A model generated the notes under the pieces. That model worked only from the letters and a program-made list of their open reading frames with translations. It searched no databases and was not told where the DNA came from. Shown here one piece after another: positions 47,695 through 57,282 of a stretch of DNA of 64,000 bases. The position numbers and the translations under genes are program-made. The DNA comes from Desulfotomaculum sp. (GTDB taxonomy: Bacteria > Bacillota > Desulfotomaculia > Desulfotomaculales > Nap2-2B), in contig DOTD01000092.1 of the NCBI GenBank assembly GCA_003513005.1, positions 11,845 through 75,844 on the forward strand, read 5' to 3'. Within the stretch, counting starts at the first letter, position 1. Every line of letters begins with the position of its first letter.

Positions 47695-48234
47695 CTAGCT
47701 CTTCTGTGACATCCTGCTAATGATTTCTACAACCTTGTCTATTCCATGCTTGTCCGCCAAAGATTGAATTCCTATCTCAATTTCGTCTATCTGAACAGTC
47801 TCTTCGACTTCCTCTTCCCTTTCTTCATAGATCAGGGCGTCGTTTATGCACCACTGAACACAAAGCGGCTTTTCCTGCGGCGGATCGTCTTCACACATAT
47901 CGCACTTTAAAGGAAGGCCGGAATCGGGTTCATGGAAAAGCGTCCTGGAAGGGCAGGCAGCCCTGCAGAAACCGCACTCGTCGTACTCTCTTCCTTCAAT
48001 TATATATTTGTCTCTGCCCATACATTCGGCCGGAGTATATTCACCGGCGTAAACAGGAACAAATATGTCTTTCAGCGGATGACGCATCAACCGGATACGG
48101 GACCTCTCCGGATTAGTAGTGCTGTATTTCGGTTCAGCGTGAAAGGCGGAGCAAATCGCCTCGCACGCACGGCAGCCATTGCATTTTTCAATATCGACCG
48201 TGATTCTTTTGATTTTCTTCTTAACTTTACTCAT
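47695..48234 (-). CDS. Poly-[4Fe-4S] ferredoxin-like electron-transfer subunit (AorA-like)
   Basis: Multiple CxxCxxCxxxC-type clusters (CNGCRACEAIC, CGFCRAACP, CDMC..). Its start overlaps the AOR stop by 8 nt. Confidence 0.8.
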   Translation of the reverse strand: MSKVKKKIKRITVDIEKCNGCRACEAICSAFHAEPKYSTTNPERSRIRLMRHPLKDIFVPVYAGEYTPAECMGRDKYIIEGREYDECGFCRAACPSRTLFHEPDSGLPLKCDMCEDDPPQEKPLCVQWCINDALIYEEREEEVEETVQIDEIEIGIQSLADKHGIDKVVEIISRMSQKS

Positions 48235-50188
48235 TTTTTAAGATCCCTCTTTTTTCCAAGTCTTCAGCAACATAACCCAGATCTATTTCCTGCAGATACT
48301 CTTTTGTGGGAATACCCCGTTCATCCCATCCCCTGAATTTGTAGTAAACGTCCAAGAGTTGATTTTCAAGTTCGGGGAACCTCTTTCTCCAATGATCTTC
48401 CGGCGGCTTTTCGTCCGCCCTGGTCATGCCTCTTCTCACATTGATAGCTCTGATCAAGGTCCGGTTTCTCCTGGCCGCCTGAGTCATTGACTCTTCATCC
48501 ATATCGACTCCGGTCCCCGCCGAGAAGAAACGCGGGTAATTGTGTATGTGATAGGGAGGCTTCAAGGGGAATGACGACAGACCGGCGCATATCCCGAGGG
48601 CGTCATCGATGTAATGCATTCTTTCCATCCAGTCAACCAGTTCAGCGGCAATTTCAGGAGTCGGGTACAGGGGGTTCGAGTTTTCTCCGCGTGCGTTCCA
48701 ATCCAGGAAATATTTTTTAAACTTTTCATCAGGGACCTGGATCCAGTCGCTGACAAACTCCTCTCTCGATTCCATAGTCGGGAAGGGCTCCTGGGGAAAC
48801 TGCCCTTCAATCTGCGTAATATTTATTTTTTCACCCGTACTATACATAAGGAAATAAACGGGGTTCAGCATTCCTAACTTGAGAGGAAGCTGTTCATGTT
48901 TCTTAATGTTATTATGAGCGTACTCTTGTGCGCCCTTGCCAATTGCCTGGGCAGCCCAGTATGTGCCGTTAGCTAAAATATCTCCTATGCCTTCCCGGCG
49001 AACAATCCTGTCAAGCAGCCAGTAAAATCTTCCTTCCGTATCGGACGGCATTCCCGGAAAGTCTGCTTCAGTTAAAATACCGGCTTCAAGAAGTTCAAGG
49101 GCGAAGGCCATAGCCTGCGGGCAGGTGAATCCGTCCACGCCGTACTCCGTGGCCATCTGGGCGATTTTAAAGCCAAAGGCCAGGTCGGAAAAGGCAGCCA
49201 TTGTATAAGTAAGTTTCGAAAAGCATTTCATCATGTAGTTCGGACTTCCCGGTACGGAAATCAGACCTCCGCATTTCATCGGGCAGTTATAGCAGCTTAT
49301 CAGACGCCTCCGGACACTTTCTTGAACCGACGTCCACTGTTCTTCCACTTCCTCGGTCCAGAAGTCTTTTCTTCTGGTGCGGACATTCCCCCACATAAAA
49401 CCGGCGGTATGCCATTTTTCATCAACCAGCAACATCTCTTGCGGCGAACCCAAGTTCTGGAAAATGGCCTCTACATTCTTAATTGGATGATCTGCACGGT
49501 ATTTGATATAGTCCATCACACCGTTGCATTCTTTGATAAAATCAGCTGGCCGGGCAATATTGACGTCTTTTGTTCCGCGAACAGCTACCGCCTTTAGACC
49601 TTTATCGCCCATTACGGCGCCTACCCCTGCCCGGCTGCAGCTGGACCTGCCCTGCTCTATTGAGGCATACCAGACTTTGTTTTCACCGGCCAGACCGATA
49701 GCGGCCACGTGGGCTTTCGGTTCATTTAACTCTTCTTTAATAAGCTCCTGAGTTTCAACAGCGCCTTTGCCCTTTAAATGAGAAGCGTCACGTATTTCCA
49801 CCTTATCATTGTTGATCAGCAAATAGACCAGTTTGTCGGACTTGCCGCGAATGATCACTTTGTCAAAGCCGGCATACTTCAATTCAGGCGCAAAAAAACC
49901 GCCCATCATTGAATAGGCCATTAACCCGGTCTGGGGTGAAATGGTAGAAACAATGGTCCGGTTAGCGCCGGTAGCAAGTGTGCCGCCTAAAAGGCCGGCG
50001 CTGAAAATAAGCAGATTTTCAGGAGAAAAGGGCTCGATTTCGGGGGGAACCCTGTCCCACAAAATCTTAGCGTTAGTACCCAAGCCCCCCATATAAAGTT
50101 CGGTCCATTTCGGGTCGGATTCTACCCTTTCAATGTTTCCTGTTGATAAATCAACTTCTAAATAATACCCTGTCTCTGCGTACCTCAT
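48227..50188 (-). CDS. aor: Tungsten-type aldehyde:ferredoxin oxidoreductase (AOR family)
   Basis: 653 aa. The N-terminus MRYAETGYYLEVDLSTGNIERVESDPKWTELYMGGLGTNAKILWD is typical of AOR-family enzymes. The context is tungstate transport and MoeA genes. Confidence 0.9.
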   Translation of the reverse strand: MRYAETGYYLEVDLSTGNIERVESDPKWTELYMGGLGTNAKILWDRVPPEIEPFSPENLLIFSAGLLGGTLATGANRTIVSTISPQTGLMAYSMMGGFFAPELKYAGFDKVIIRGKSDKLVYLLINNDKVEIRDASHLKGKGAVETQELIKEELNEPKAHVAAIGLAGENKVWYASIEQGRSSCSRAGVGAVMGDKGLKAVAVRGTKDVNIARPADFIKECNGVMDYIKYRADHPIKNVEAIFQNLGSPQEMLLVDEKWHTAGFMWGNVRTRRKDFWTEEVEEQWTSVQESVRRRLISCYNCPMKCGGLISVPGSPNYMMKCFSKLTYTMAAFSDLAFGFKIAQMATEYGVDGFTCPQAMAFALELLEAGILTEADFPGMPSDTEGRFYWLLDRIVRREGIGDILANGTYWAAQAIGKGAQEYAHNNIKKHEQLPLKLGMLNPVYFLMYSTGEKINITQIEGQFPQEPFPTMESREEFVSDWIQVPDEKFKKYFLDWNARGENSNPLYPTPEIAAELVDWMERMHYIDDALGICAGLSSFPLKPPYHIHNYPRFFSAGTGVDMDEESMTQAARRNRTLIRAINVRRGMTRADEKPPEDHWRKRFPELENQLLDVYYKFRGWDERGIPTKEYLQEIDLGYVAEDLEKRGILKNE

Positions 50189-50925
50189 TTTTAAACCCCT
50201 CTACATATCTTTTTAGCCCCGCTGGGTATCTCCGCAGCCAAGCTCTAAGCTGCGCAGGTTGATAATTATTGGTCACCATCGTGCTTAATTAAACAAATCT
50301 TCGTACTGTTTGTCAACACATACATTATGCACTTAATGGCCTTCGCTTCCACATTCCCTAAACTTTTCCGCAATAAGCTCAGAAATTTTCCAGCCTGGTT
50401 AATCATTCATTTTCCTGCCCGCCGAAATCTCTTCAGCCAACAGTAAAACAAACACGCGGATGAAATACTAAAATACCCCCTCTTTATCTTTCTTACTTAA
50501 AGATAACCTGCCTGAAAATGAGGATACTTTGGCTTCAGCGCTTCTAAAAGTTCTTCCCGCCCTTATTTTTTACGGAGCGAATAATTAAACTCCGGACGGG
50601 GGTAAATCAGGATGGAAAAAAGACTAAGGAATATAAACCCTGCTTTTTTATTTTTGCAATTCCCCCTTTCTTTTTAAAAACCATTTAAAAATGAGCCTTT
50701 AACACTTTTTAAGAGTAACTCCAACTTATTTCCTTATAAAAATAGTAAAATATCTGAATTTAAAAGAAAATAGCTAAAAAGAATGAGTAAGGGTTTAAAT
50801 AAGATTGAAAAAGGGAGTAACCTATTAGGACTAGTCCTTAAGCATGAAGGAAAGCCATACAAAATATGTAGGTTTTTAACCGAGGGGTTTTCAAGTAACA
50901 AAATAATTTTCAATGACAGACGGCG

Positions 50926-51240
50926 TCAACCCACAGAAACTTCTTCCTTTGTTAGTACTTCCAGTGATTTTTTCGCCTGCATTCTTGTTTCGTATAAAGG
51001 GTCATCCAAAAAAGGCCTGATGTAACCGGCGAGGGAAGCATCATGAAACTTAGTTAACATTTTAATGGACGCCAATCTGATATGATGGTTTTTTCCTTTT
51101 AATCCTTCCAACAAAGCATTCTTTGCTTCTTCTCCGCCTATTTCATATATTTGCCGCGCTATTTGGTCGCATTTTGGCCAGGGAGCTTCCAATAAATTTT
51201 GACCCAGCTTTAAGAGTTGATTATGTTTCATCAAGTTCAT
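50926..51240 (-). CDS. Small HEAT-repeat protein
   Basis: The ATG at 51240 follows AAGGAGG. ..EEAKNALLEGLKGKNHHIRLASIKMLTKFHDASLAGYIRPFLDDPLYETR.. is HEAT/PBS-lyase-like. It lies immediately downstream of a riboswitch-like element. Confidence 0.55.
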   Translation of the reverse strand: MNLMKHNQLLKLGQNLLEAPWPKCDQIARQIYEIGGEEAKNALLEGLKGKNHHIRLASIKMLTKFHDASLAGYIRPFLDDPLYETRMQAKKSLEVLTKEEVSVG

Positions 51241-51272
51241 GATATTGTCCTCCTTGTAATTATGCTTTATAC

Positions 51273-51425
51273 AAGAAAAAGCTTTGCCCAAATGCAAAAA
51301 GGACAAAGCTTCACTTTATCAAAGCTGTCTTCTCCTTTCCGCAATGGGAGGCGCAGGAGTTTCCCCCTACACCCTGTCGGCCTGGCCGCCATGCTTTTTT
51401 AACAAGGCCTGCCAAACTCGGAGAC
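51273..51425 (-). promoter_or_regulatory. Moco/Wco (molybdenum-cofactor) riboswitch candidate with intrinsic terminator
   Basis: Minus-strand RNA: GUCUCCGAG...GGGGGAAACUCCUGCGCCUCCCAUUGCGGAAAGGAGAAGAC. A terminator follows: AAGCUUUG - 17 nt - CAAAGCUU + UUUCUU. The core is nearly identical to the element at 57283-57440. Confidence 0.6.
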
Positions 51426-51544
51426 ATTATACATATTATATACTATAATTAAGACAAATTCCCTGCAAAAAAGTGAAAGATTTTTAAAGCAGCGATATAC
51501 GCTGCTTGTTAGGTAACATGATCTATAGTCTTAAAACCAAAATT

Positions 51545-53473
51545 TTATTCACTGCTTTTCCACATGATTTTGCCGCAGTCCCTAAGATCGTAACCAGCCA
51601 GGGAACTGACTTCCTTCTTAAAATCCGGACTTTCGATTACGCTGAGTAGTCGCTTGATATAGCGGGTTTCCCAGTGTTCTTCCGGAATGCACAGGTCATA
51701 GCGCTCCTCTCCGAGGCTGATAAAATCAAGGTTCAAAGCGTTTGCCGCAGCCTGGATACCAAGAGCGCAGTCCGCCTCTCCTGCCGCAACGGCAGCCGCA
51801 ACCGCCATATGAGTGTATTCCTCCCGGTCATAACCCTTTATCTTATCCGGCGATATTTCCTTTTGTTTAAGGCTGTAGTCCAGCAGCACGCGCGTTCCGG
51901 CGCCGTTTTGACGGTTGACGAAAATTATATCCTGCCTTGTTAAATCTTCAAGCCCTGAAATGCTTTTTGGATTTCCCTTTTTAACAATCAATCCCTGCTG
52001 TCGATAAACAAGGTTTACCAGAATTACTTCTTTTTTCGGCAAGTAGCGTTTTAAATAGGAAACGTTATACTCGCCGGTTTCTTCATCTAAAAGATGTATG
52101 CCCGCGCAATGCGCCTCGTTCTTTCTTAAAGCCGTGAGGCCGGCCAGGCTGCCGACGTGTGCGCTGGAAACGGACGCCTCCGGAAAGAACAGCCGCATGT
52201 AATTGGCCAGTATATCAAGCGTATTGTCATGGCTTCCGATAATAACAGTAGTCTCCTGCACTTCATGATCAGAACGCAGCAGCTCAACTTCCGTTATTTC
52301 TCCTTTAGCAATCCCTTCCGAGAACCTGGGCACGCGGACAACTCCGTCAGCCCGTATTAAAGACATAACTACCCCGGCCCCCCTGGTTACCGGCGTCGCT
52401 ATTACATGATCGCCGACACGCCCCAGCTTGACCCGGACAAATTCCTCAACACCAAGCGATGAATACAGTTTCCTGGACATCAATGCATTTATCTTTTCCC
52501 GCGGGGGAGGAATCAGGGCTTGCTTGTAATAAATGATTCTTTTAACAAACAGTTCGGCGCAGAGGTAAGCTGACACGGGATAGCCCGGTATTCCGATAAC
52601 CGGTTTGTTTTCAATTATCCCAAGTATAACAGGCTTGCCCGGCCTGATGGCGACCCCGTGCGCCACAACCTTGCCCATCCTGCTGATGACTTCGGAAGTG
52701 AAGTCCTCCCTGCCGGCTGAGGAACCGGCGTTGATTAAAACCAGATCGGCTGTTTTTACAGCGGCCGCCAGGGCCTGCTGCAGCATCTGCGGATCGTCTT
52801 TGATAATTTTCCGGCGCTGAGCCAAACCGCCCCATTCTTCAATCATCGCTGCAAAAACTCGAGAATTGAAATCAATTATTTTACCCGGCGCAGGTTCAGC
52901 GCAGGGCTCAATTATCTCATCTCCGGTGGGAATTATAGCTGCATAAGGCTTTGGACGTACAGCGATTTCATTTACCCCACCGGCCAGCAAGCCGGCTATA
53001 TCTATCGGCCTAACCCTGTGGTTGGAGGGAATAATCATTTCAGTGGCGACTATATCCTCTCCTACTACCCTGACATGCTGCCAGGGATAAGCCGGTTGAA
53101 TTATTTCTATAATGCCTTCTTTGACCGGATGGATATCTTCAATCATAATCACGGCATCACAGCCCGCCGGCAGGGGGTCTCCTGTGTCAACAGGTATCGC
53201 GTCTATCTCCGAACGGAGTTGAAGAGGGGAAGTTTCTTTTGCGCCAAACGTGCTCGCCGCCATTACGGCATATCCGTCCATTGCCGCAGAATGGTAGTGA
53301 GGAGATGAACCCTTTGCATAGACCGGCTGCGCCGTAATTCTGTGAAGAGAATTTTCCGCCGGGATAAGCTCGGGCGGCGCAGGTTTTAAAGCGCCTATTT
53401 TGTCCAGTTCTTGAAGGTATTTTTCAATTGCTTTCTCCAAGGGTATATCTTCGAGATAAATATTTCGCCCCAT
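51545..53473 (-). CDS. moeA: MoeA-type molybdopterin molybdo/tungsto-transferase fused to a C-terminal periplasmic-binding-protein-like domain
   Basis: 642 aa. The N-terminal ~400 aa are MoeA-like (..SPHYHSAAMDGYAV.., ..INAGSSAGREDF..). The C-terminal ~230 aa form a PBP-like (anion-binding) domain. Confidence 0.8.
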   Translation of the reverse strand: MGRNIYLEDIPLEKAIEKYLQELDKIGALKPAPPELIPAENSLHRITAQPVYAKGSSPHYHSAAMDGYAVMAASTFGAKETSPLQLRSEIDAIPVDTGDPLPAGCDAVIMIEDIHPVKEGIIEIIQPAYPWQHVRVVGEDIVATEMIIPSNHRVRPIDIAGLLAGGVNEIAVRPKPYAAIIPTGDEIIEPCAEPAPGKIIDFNSRVFAAMIEEWGGLAQRRKIIKDDPQMLQQALAAAVKTADLVLINAGSSAGREDFTSEVISRMGKVVAHGVAIRPGKPVILGIIENKPVIGIPGYPVSAYLCAELFVKRIIYYKQALIPPPREKINALMSRKLYSSLGVEEFVRVKLGRVGDHVIATPVTRGAGVVMSLIRADGVVRVPRFSEGIAKGEITEVELLRSDHEVQETTVIIGSHDNTLDILANYMRLFFPEASVSSAHVGSLAGLTALRKNEAHCAGIHLLDEETGEYNVSYLKRYLPKKEVILVNLVYRQQGLIVKKGNPKSISGLEDLTRQDIIFVNRQNGAGTRVLLDYSLKQKEISPDKIKGYDREEYTHMAVAAAVAAGEADCALGIQAAANALNLDFISLGEERYDLCIPEEHWETRYIKRLLSVIESPDFKKEVSSLAGYDLRDCGKIMWKSSE

Positions 53474-53482
53474 CTTTTTCTC

Positions 53483-54721
53483 CTAAAACAGCTTTATTCT
53501 GACAATCTCCCCCGCCTGAACGCCCTCTTTGCCGGCAGGTATTCTAGCCAGGCCGTCTGCGTTAACCAGCGTACTGATTAGGCCAGACTTACCCAGAACA
53601 GGTTCAGCGCAAAGTTCGCCCTCTGCAGAGACCAGCCTTACCTGAACGAAATCATCCCGGCCGGGGGCTGAGCGAAGGTTGCGTGTAATCCTGGCGCATA
53701 CGGGAAATTCCAAAAACTCTTCATTTTCTTTCGGGTAGCTTCCCAGTCTGATCAGCGGATCAATCAGAAGGTAAAAGACTACCAGAGCTGAAGCCGGGTG
53801 TCCCGGAAGGCCAAAAACCGGTTTTCCAGAAACTACAGCCCCGATGGCAGGTTTGCCCGGCTTGATGGCGAGACCATGAAAAAGTACCCCCGGTTTGCCG
53901 AGCGAACTTATTGCCTGTACAGCCATGTCCTTCGTCCCAACGGAACTTCCGCCGGTGAGCAGTACAATGTCGTTATCTTCAACCGCCAGGGCAAGCAGCC
54001 CGTGTATTCTCTGAAAGTCATCACCGGCTATGCCGTATTGTACCGGTTCACCGCCAGCTTCGACAATAGCTCCAAAAAGCGAATATGAATTGATGTCCCT
54101 GACCTTTCCCGGGGGAGGTTTCTGATCGGGAGGAACAATCTCGTCACCAGTTGAGATAATGCCCACGCGCGTCTTGCAGAACACTTCTGCTGAAGTTACT
54201 CCGGCAGCGGCTAAGACTCCCAGGTCCTGTGCTTTTATGCGGTTTCCGGGCTGAAGAACAGGACTGCCGCAAACAACATCCTCGCCTTTTAAGATCAGGT
54301 TTTCGCCAGGCGCCACAGGTCTAACAACACCTATAGTATCTTCGTCAAGGTTCTCGGTATACTCTACCATCACCACTGCGTCTGCGCCCTGCGGCAGCAT
54401 ACCGCCCGTAGCAATTCGCCACGCCTTGCCCGCTTCCAGTCTTCCCATGGGTTCCTGGCCCATCAAAACCTCCCCTGCAATTTCCAGGTAAGCCGGCAGC
54501 GACTCGGAAGCGCCGAAAGTATCCCGGGCGCGCACTGCAAATCCATCCATTGTGGAGCGTGTAAAACCGGGCAAATTATCACCGGCGAATATTTCCTTGG
54601 CCGTACGCCGGCCCAAAGCCTCTAAAAGAGGAACTATTTCAATTTTTTGCTGCCGGATATATTCTTCCCAAATGATTCGCCGGGCCTCACACACGGTTGC
54701 TACTTTAAAAAGTTCTGTCAT
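53483..54721 (-). CDS. moeA: MoeA molybdopterin molybdo/tungsto-transferase
   Basis: I prefer the ATG at 54721 (MTELFKVATV..), which follows GGGAG. ..TRSTMDGFAVRA.., ..LTGGSSVGTKD.. and ..GLPGHPASA.. are MoeA motifs. Confidence 0.85.
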   Translation of the reverse strand: MTELFKVATVCEARRIIWEEYIRQQKIEIVPLLEALGRRTAKEIFAGDNLPGFTRSTMDGFAVRARDTFGASESLPAYLEIAGEVLMGQEPMGRLEAGKAWRIATGGMLPQGADAVVMVEYTENLDEDTIGVVRPVAPGENLILKGEDVVCGSPVLQPGNRIKAQDLGVLAAAGVTSAEVFCKTRVGIISTGDEIVPPDQKPPPGKVRDINSYSLFGAIVEAGGEPVQYGIAGDDFQRIHGLLALAVEDNDIVLLTGGSSVGTKDMAVQAISSLGKPGVLFHGLAIKPGKPAIGAVVSGKPVFGLPGHPASALVVFYLLIDPLIRLGSYPKENEEFLEFPVCARITRNLRSAPGRDDFVQVRLVSAEGELCAEPVLGKSGLISTLVNADGLARIPAGKEGVQAGEIVRIKLF

Positions 54722-54906
54722 TTTTTCTCCCTTTACTTGCCTGATTGCCGCTGTCAGCAACAAATCCAAGTCTATTTTGACACAACTGGCGATCGGTTTT
54801 CAAGGTTCACAGAAAATTTTTGGCCGCCACAGCCGTTTTTTGGCTATGAATTGGATTCCCAGCCATAAATCGAGCTTTAACCAGGCAATACCATTTGGCG
54901 CAGATA

Positions 54907-55590
54907 TTAGCCAGGATTGTTTTGAAAGGTTAAAAACTCACGGTTAATAATTTCTCCGTCTTCCATATGGTAGATGCTGTCAGATACTGCTGCGGCCTCT
55001 TTCCTGTGGTGAGTTATCATTACCGTTGCGATTTTTTCCGCTTTTAGTGTTTTACCAATTTCATCAATTAATCCCTGGCGCATTTCCCTGTCCAGGTTGG
55101 CAAATGGTTCGTCCAGAAAAATGATTTCCGGTTTCAAAATTAAAGCCTGGGCAAGGGCTACACGCTGGGCTTCTCCTCCCGAAAGTGAACGGGCACGCCG
55201 TTTGGTAAGGTGGGTAAGTTTCATTTTCTCCAGCCAGGGATAGATCCTTTTCTCCCTTTCTCTGCGGTTCATGCCGCGATACTTCAGTCCAAGCTCCAGG
55301 TTTTCTATTACCGTCAGGTCGAACATCATTGGTTTTTGAAAGACCACAGCTATTCTCCTGCGCAATTCAAAAAATGACTGATCCTTAACATTCTTACCGA
55401 ATAAAGAGACTGTTCCGGCAGTAGGCTCCTGCAATGCCGCCATGACGAACAGAAGGGTGCTTTTTCCCGCCCCGTTGGGACCTGTCAAACAGATCGATTC
55501 TTCCCTGTCCAAAGAAAAATAGGGAATTTTCAGGATTGTTTTACCCTGAAGCACAAGTGTCAGATCAATTATTTCGACGATTTTGCTCAT
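54907..55590 (-). CDS. tupC: ABC transporter ATP-binding subunit (tungstate/molybdate type)
   Basis: Walker A GPNGAGKST, signature LSGGEAQR and Walker B IIFLDEPF. It overlaps the permease gene by 4 nt. Confidence 0.8.
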   Translation of the reverse strand: MSKIVEIIDLTLVLQGKTILKIPYFSLDREESICLTGPNGAGKSTLLFVMAALQEPTAGTVSLFGKNVKDQSFFELRRRIAVVFQKPMMFDLTVIENLELGLKYRGMNRREREKRIYPWLEKMKLTHLTKRRARSLSGGEAQRVALAQALILKPEIIFLDEPFANLDREMRQGLIDEIGKTLKAEKIATVMITHHRKEAAAVSDSIYHMEDGEIINREFLTFQNNPG

Positions 55591-56285
55591 CGGTTGTTTC
55601 TTCCCTGCTGTATAGCGGTTAATATCGCCGTAACACCATAAGCCAGCAGCATCAACAGAATGCTGAGAGCGATAGCGACATCAAAATTGCCTTTGGATAC
55701 TTCCATTACCGTAGCCGTAGTAAATACCCTGGTCATTCCCTTAATGTTACCGCCGGCCATCATCGAGGCGCCCACTTCGGAAATTACCCCGCCAAAACCG
55801 GCCATGACCGCGGCCAGCAAACCCAGCCGGGCCTCTTTTACAAGGGTCCAGGCCATCTGTGTCCGGTTAGCGCCAAGCGCTGTCAGCTGCAGGCGCAGCT
55901 GGGGATTAATCTGCTGAATGGCAGCCAAAGTGAGGCTTATGACAATTGGGGATGCGATTACCGCCTGCGCGATGATCATGGCATAAGGAGTATATATCAT
56001 ATTCAAGGATCCCAGCGGTCCTGATCTCCATAAAAAGATACTTACCCAAAGGCCTACGACAACCGGCGGCAATCCCATCCCGAAATTGGCGATACTGACA
56101 AGGAAGTTGCGTCCCGGGAATTGGCTTAAAGCTAAAACACTGCCCAGGGGAATGCCGATTAATAAACTGACCAATGTCGCTGCAACGGAAACCTGGAGGG
56201 TAAGCAAGGCAACTTCCATTATTTCCGGATCTAGTGTGGCAAGCGCTATTATTGCCTTTATTATACCATTCCAGATCAGTTCCAA
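55587..56285 (-). CDS. tupB: ABC transporter permease (tungstate/molybdate type)
   Basis: 232 aa, hydrophobic, with about five or six transmembrane segments. Position in the operon supports the call. Confidence 0.8.
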   Translation of the reverse strand: MELIWNGIIKAIIALATLDPEIMEVALLTLQVSVAATLVSLLIGIPLGSVLALSQFPGRNFLVSIANFGMGLPPVVVGLWVSIFLWRSGPLGSLNMIYTPYAMIIAQAVIASPIVISLTLAAIQQINPQLRLQLTALGANRTQMAWTLVKEARLGLLAAVMAGFGGVISEVGASMMAGGNIKGMTRVFTTATVMEVSKGNFDVAIALSILLMLLAYGVTAILTAIQQGRNNR

Positions 56286-56315
56286 AATACATTACCCCCG
56301 GACGGTAACATTTAT

Positions 56316-57215
56316 CTACTTACCTAGATCAGCCTCTTTTTTCCCGGCGTCTGGAGTAAACAACTGCTGCCCGTATTTATCTACCCCAAAAGTGGAGATC
56401 GTTTTTTGAGTTGCCGGAGAAACCATAAAGTCAACAAAAGCTTTACCGCCATCTGCATTTATATTGGCGAATTTTTCTGGATTAACCTGCATTACATGAT
56501 AAATATTGAGCAGGGATTTTTCGCCTTCCACTAAAATAACCAGGTGACTGAGGTTCTTTTGCTGGGCCAGGTAAGTAGCACGATCCGTCAGTGTATAACC
56601 TAACTTCTGCTCTGCTATAATTAACGTCTGTCCCATACCCTGTCCGGTCTCCTGGTAGGTTGCTCCTGTTTTGGGGGTTATTCCTGCAGATTCCCATAAC
56701 TTGAGTTCTTTCTTATGAGTTCCCGAATTATCCCCGCGGGAGATAAATATACTGCCCGATTCAGCAATTTTTTTCATAGCTTCGGAGGCAGTTTTTAAGC
56801 CGCTTATTTTTGCCGGATCATCTTTCGGCCCTATAATAATAAAATCATTATGCATAACCAGTTGGTAATTGATTCCTGCTCCGCTGTCTACCAGCTTTTT
56901 TTCGTCGGCTGGTGAATGGACCAGCAGTACGTCCGCCTCGCCTTTTTCGCCCATAGCCAGCGCCGCTCCCGTACCAACCGCTACGGTCTTAATCTTATAG
57001 CCGCTTTGCTTTTCAAATTCAGGAATCAGGACATCCAAAAGTCCGCTGTCCTGAGTGCTTGTTGTAGTAGCCAGAATAACATCAGCAGCTTTATTCCCTT
57101 CCGCAGCCTTATTTTCTTCCGCAGCCGGTTTAGGATTTTTGTTTACACAGCCCACCAGGCTCAGCAGAATTAAAAAAGCGGCTGTCAACACTAACCATTT
57201 AGTTTTTGAAAACAT
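56316..57215 (-). CDS. tupA: Tungstate-binding lipoprotein TupA-type
   Basis: Lipoprotein signal (..LSLVGC), then ILATTTSTQDSGLLDVLIPEFEK and GTGAALAMGEKGEADVLLVH. The TTTS..DSGLL motif is the TupA-type hallmark as I recall it. Confidence 0.8.
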   Translation of the reverse strand: MFSKTKWLVLTAAFLILLSLVGCVNKNPKPAAEENKAAEGNKAADVILATTTSTQDSGLLDVLIPEFEKQSGYKIKTVAVGTGAALAMGEKGEADVLLVHSPADEKKLVDSGAGINYQLVMHNDFIIIGPKDDPAKISGLKTASEAMKKIAESGSIFISRGDNSGTHKKELKLWESAGITPKTGATYQETGQGMGQTLIIAEQKLGYTLTDRATYLAQQKNLSHLVILVEGEKSLLNIYHVMQVNPEKFANINADGGKAFVDFMVSPATQKTISTFGVDKYGQQLFTPDAGKKEADLGK

Positions 57216-57282
57216 AAAATCCCCTCCAAAATTAATCTATTGATTGGATTACTACAAACCCCTGCCTCCCGGTCCATTTGAT

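Noticed and set aside
50255-50285. TGGTCACCATCGTGCTT could be a sigma-54 promoter for the AOR operon.
   Set aside because: It lies on the + strand, pointing away from the minus-strand AOR gene. It also deviates from the TGGCAC-N5-TTGC consensus.
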